Shown here in pieces: positions 60,551-64,000 of a stretch of DNA of 64,000 nucleotides (position 1 is the first letter of the stretch; each line of letters starts with the position of its first letter). A program made the translations under genes and the position numbers. The DNA comes from Candidatus Poribacteria bacterium (GTDB taxonomy: Bacteria > Poribacteria > WGA-4E > WGA-3G), in NCBI GenBank assembly GCA_965219695.1, contig CBDCOJ010000032.1, forward strand, positions 259,142 to 323,141, in the 5' to 3' direction. Below the pieces are notes generated by a model, which saw only the letters and a list, made by a program, of their open reading frames with translations, was not told the origin of the DNA and searched no databases.

Positions 60551-62044
60551 CTAAAGAATATACCTACTCAAATCCTGATCTTTGACAATTTCTGCCAATT
60601 CACCTCTGACATAATCTGCATCAACAGAAACGCTTTTCTCCTTAAGATCGGGCGCATCAAAAAACAGATTTTCAAAAAGTTTTTCCATGATGGTGTGTAG
60701 ACGACGTGCACCAATATCTTCCACAGATTCGTTTACCTGAAACGCGAGCGCAGCGATTTCGTCAATTGCATCTTCGGTGATAGTTGCTTCTATCCCTTCT
60801 GTTTGAAGGAGTGCCGTATACTGTTTGACTAATGCGTTCTTCGGTTCTGTCAGAATAGACTGGAAGTCGCTTTTATTTAGACTTTTGAGTTCAACGCGGA
60901 TAGGAAACCTTCCCTGAAGTTCGGGGATAAGGTCTGATGGATTAGAGACATGAAAAGCACCTGCAGCGATGAATAAAATGTGGTGTGTACGCACCGATCC
61001 ATATTTTGTTGCGACTGTGCTTCCCTCAATGATGGGCAGAATATCACGTTGTACACCTTCGCGTGAAACATCGGGTCCCTGCCGAGATTCGCGCCCCGCA
61101 ATTTTGTCAATCTCATCTAAGAAAACGATCCCAGAGTTTTCAACACGTTCAATTGCATCACTGATGACAGCGTCCATGTCGATTAATTTCTCCGCTTCCT
61201 CTTGCATCAAGATTTGTCGTGCTTCGGAGACAGGCACTCGCCGTTTTTTCGTCTGATTCGGGAGAATGTTGCTGAACATATCCTTGAAGTTGATATCCAT
61301 CTCCTCAATACCACCCGGCGAAAAAATTTCAACAAACGGCATGCTTCGACTTTTCATATTGATTTCAACAGGTCTATCTTCAAATTTGCCTTTCTTCAAC
61401 TGCTGTCGTAACTTTTCACGCGTCTTGAGGTGTCGTTCTCGTTGTTCTTCTAAAGCTTCATTTTCTTCATCAGCTGTTTCAAATTCAAACGGCAATTGGA
61501 TCTCGTCTTCATCTTCGTCAATATCAATATCAATGTCTTCGTCTGTATCAAATTCATCAGTCGGTTTGCCACGAGGTTGGCTTTTTAATGCCCGTGGCAT
61601 CGGTAATAGACAGTCTAACAGACGTTCTTCTGCCAATTCTAATGCAGCTTCTTCAACAGCAGTAGTCTGTTCAGCTTTTACTTTACTGACCGAGAGTTCT
61701 GTAAGGTCACGGATCATCGATTCTACGTCGCGACCAACGTAACCAATTTCAGTATACTTTGATGCTTCAACTTTGATGAACGGGGCATCAACAAGGCGCG
61801 CGAGTCGACGTGCAATTTCTGTCTTACCGACACCGGTTGAGCCAATCATGATGATATTTTTTGGTGAAACTTCATCTTGCATATCGTCCGTAAGCATCTG
61901 CCGACGGGCTCGATTGCGCAGCGCAATCGCAACGCTCCGTTTTGCTTCAAACTGACCGATAATGTATTTATCAAGCTCTTCAACAATCTGCCGTGGGGTT
62001 AACGCATCTGTTAAGATTTTCGTTTCAACAGTCAATTTCTCCAA
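60551..62044 (-). CDS. hslU: ATP-dependent protease ATPase subunit HslU
   Basis: [45 protein letters not shown]. Confidence 0.96.
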   Translation of the reverse strand: MEKLTVETKILTDALTPRQIVEELDKYIIGQFEAKRSVAIALRNRARRQMLTDDMQDEVSPKNIIMIGSTGVGKTEIARRLARLVDAPFIKVEASKYTEIGYVGRDVESMIRDLTELSVSKVKAEQTTAVEEAALELAEERLLDCLLPMPRALKSQPRGKPTDEFDTDEDIDIDIDEDEDEIQLPFEFETADEENEALEEQRERHLKTREKLRQQLKKGKFEDRPVEINMKSRSMPFVEIFSPGGIEEMDINFKDMFSNILPNQTKKRRVPVSEARQILMQEEAEKLIDMDAVISDAIERVENSGIVFLDEIDKIAGRESRQGPDVSREGVQRDILPIIEGSTVATKYGSVRTHHILFIAAGAFHVSNPSDLIPELQGRFPIRVELKSLNKSDFQSILTEPKNALVKQYTALLQTEGIEATITEDAIDEIAALAFQVNESVEDIGARRLHTIMEKLFENLFFDAPDLKEKSVSVDADYVRGELAEIVKDQDLSRYIL

Positions 62045-62115
62045 TGTAACCTCCTAAAAGGTGTGGTGGGCACACTCTGCTGTGCCATAACCAAAATAAC
62101 AGAATTTTGAGCGTC

Positions 62116-62676
62116 CTATTCTTCAGTCTCAATTGATTCAATTTCAATCTGTGCGTTCGTGTAGATACAGATTTCACTCGTGATTTTTAATGCTTCAGCG
62201 ACAACTTCAGCGGCGGTTAGTTTTGAGTATTTGAGTAGTGCTCTGGAAGCGGAGAGCGCAATAGAACCACCTGAACCGATAGCGAGAATATCGTCGTCAG
62301 GGATGATGAGATCACCGTTGCCTGAAATCAGGTAGCTATCGTTTTCATTGATCGCTATCATCAAAGCGTCCGCACGCCTAAGGATGCGATCACTACGCCA
62401 ATCCCTTGCGAGTTCAACCGAAGCTTTCTGCAGGTTGCCTCGGTACTGCTCTAATTTTTTCTCTAAATTTTCATAGAGAGTAAGCGCATCTGAACCAGAA
62501 CCCGCGAACCCAATAAGCACACGATCCTGATAAATCTTGCGAATTTTGCGAGCACTATGTTTAATAGCCGTATCACCTAACGTAACTTGACCGTCTCCGC
62601 CTATAGCGATTTGCCCGTTTCGGCGGACCGCCAGTATCGTTGTTGAACGCATACTTTTCTTTTCAAGTAAGTTCAT
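62116..62676 (-). CDS. hslV: ATP-dependent protease subunit HslV
   Basis: TTILAVRR..GDGQVT, GFAG, AIGSGG, ICIYTN. Confidence 0.95.
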   Translation of the reverse strand: MNLLEKKSMRSTTILAVRRNGQIAIGGDGQVTLGDTAIKHSARKIRKIYQDRVLIGFAGSGSDALTLYENLEKKLEQYRGNLQKASVELARDWRSDRILRRADALMIAINENDSYLISGNGDLIIPDDDILAIGSGGSIALSASRALLKYSKLTAAEVVAEALKITSEICIYTNAQIEIESIETEE

Positions 62677-62771
62677 GTCTTTTCCTAACACTAATTGTTT
62701 TTTCAGCCAAAATTCTAAAGATGGTTGTGTTTAAATCCGCATGTCTAACCTGTAATTTGTCATCCGTTAAC

Positions 62772-62919
62772 TATAACTATTGTTCTGTCTACATTTATAT
62801 TATAGGTCGCGATTCGGAGATCGCTCCTACAGAAATCTTGTCTATTATAGGAGGGAACTCCGATTCCCGACTATTGCCCATAATTTTAGAATGGACTGTC
62901 CACTATTTTGCTTTATAGT
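62772..62919. repeat. REP-like pair, including an intact reference copy GTCGCGATTCGGAGATCGCTCCTAC at 62806
   Basis: Same family as 13703/13742, 36905 and 39401. Confidence 0.7.
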
Positions 62920-63608
62920 CTCCAAAAGATCAGAAAACTCAAAAACATCACTATCCCCATGAAAAGCCCACACCTTATTCCAGCTATCAATGCATGCTGC
63001 TTACGGTAAAAATAATAAGGACAGAGGATGAAAGTAAGCAAAAACGTAATCGGCATAAAGATAGGGACTGATGCGATGTTCGGTATATTTTCAACACGTA
63101 AGGCGTTCCATTGCCATAATTCTTTTCCTAATCCGTAAATAACGACACTTCCGATTGCCGCTATTAACCCGGTTATGCTTGAAGCAACGAAACGGTGTAG
63201 ACCGAACATTTGAAGTCGCTGGTAGCAGTAAACAGCTAACGTAGCGAAAAGTCCCCAAGATATTATCAACGCAATCGGTGTCGTTACATTTCCCAAAAAA
63301 TCTGGACTACGGTAGACGATAAACTGCAATTTTCTTGAAAACAACCAGTCCATCGGCAGGTATGTTGCTGTCGCTGCAGCCCCAAATAAAACACTATGGA
63401 ATAGCAGCTGAGACGATTCATCCTCTGTGATATTTCGATTAAATTGAATGAGATAGCCAAACCATCCAATTGCCAGTAGCAAGTTTGGATAAAGCCACCA
63501 AATAGCACCAATTTCTAAGTCCCTGATCGGCAGTAGAAACAGTAATAAGAACGTCAAAAATGTTGTAAAGACTACAGTAAGTACCGCTTTATCTGTTTTG
63601 ATAAACAT
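62913..63608 (-). CDS. Integral membrane hypothetical protein
   Basis: About 7 hydrophobic helices. Confidence 0.7.
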   Translation of the reverse strand: MFIKTDKAVLTVVFTTFLTFLLLFLLPIRDLEIGAIWWLYPNLLLAIGWFGYLIQFNRNITEDESSQLLFHSVLFGAAATATYLPMDWLFSRKLQFIVYRSPDFLGNVTTPIALIISWGLFATLAVYCYQRLQMFGLHRFVASSITGLIAAIGSVVIYGLGKELWQWNALRVENIPNIASVPIFMPITFLLTFILCPYYFYRKQHALIAGIRCGLFMGIVMFLSFLIFWRL

Positions 63609-63656
63609 CTTGTTCCTTTAAAGGCGCAATATGGGACGTGTAACTTTACTGAAAGT

Positions 63657-63998
63657 TTATTGAAACGTGATAACGAGTTGGCGTCCGGTAAGTTTTGCTC
63701 CTGTTGTTTTGGTACTTGCGAGGCTTCGTGGTAGGGCAACATGCCTCTTAAAACCACCAATTGTGACGATTAACTCATCACCATGTTTGGTGAGGTGAAC
63801 CTCTTGCTTGGTTAAAAACGGAAGTTGCATCGCAAGTTGATAAACATCATCAACTTTCCGAAATTGATACGGACTTTCTTCGGAAAACTTTTCTGCTGGG
63901 TCAATGTTCGGATAGAGGATGTCTCCCAATCTACGGAGTCCTGTTTCTCCAATAATTTGATCGTCAAAAAGATTTACCTTCCATATCGGCACATCCGA
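63657..63998 (-). CDS. ArsA/GET3-family ATPase, C-terminal HSP20-like part (5' truncated by window)
   Basis: LPF..K..V.L.K.GDELIVTIG.FKRHV.LP..L pattern. Confidence 0.8.
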   Translation of the reverse strand, partial: SDVPIWKVNLFDDQIIGETGLRRLGDILYPNIDPAEKFSEESPYQFRKVDDVYQLAMQLPFLTKQEVHLTKHGDELIVTIGGFKRHVALPRSLASTKTTGAKLTGRQLVITFQ

Positions 63999-64000
63999 AA

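Overview
A 64-kb bacterial chromosome segment spanning the replication origin. It is most likely from Candidatus Poribacteria; this is inferred from the C-terminal V-x-[PA]-x-G-K-x3-T-W-x2-[IL]-K motif and the abundant TPR/WD40/TolB/LamG exported proteins, not from a database search. Core genes: ispH, rpmH (missed by the ORF track), dnaA, oriC, recF, a DciA/DUF721 gene, gyrB, gyrA, a PorU-like C25 peptidase plus a PorV-like barrel, anmK/namZ peptidoglycan recycling genes, pgi, an NtrY/NtrX-like pair, gspG/pilD-like genes, hslUV and a partial ArsA ATPase. Most notable observations: (1) oriC has no canonical DnaA box but has 11-bp-phased TTAT[CT]AAC[AT]-type boxes plus DnaA-trios, next to a DnaA with a rewritten recognition helix. 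(2) Intergenic DNA is built from nested REP-like palindromes, several MITE families and a ~34-bp hairpin element that inserts into the other repeats and into itself. (3) An unrecognised 'SPFGFG...RIKLW...GIDPY' domain occurs three times, twice coupled to variable secreted proteins, and one of those cassettes follows an ECF sigma factor. (4) A short C-terminal motif on exported proteins lies in the same window as T9SS-like PorU/PorV. (5) There is a candidate multi-stem structured RNA, and (6) gyrase carries quinolone-resistance-type substitutions. No rRNA, tRNA or CRISPR array was seen.
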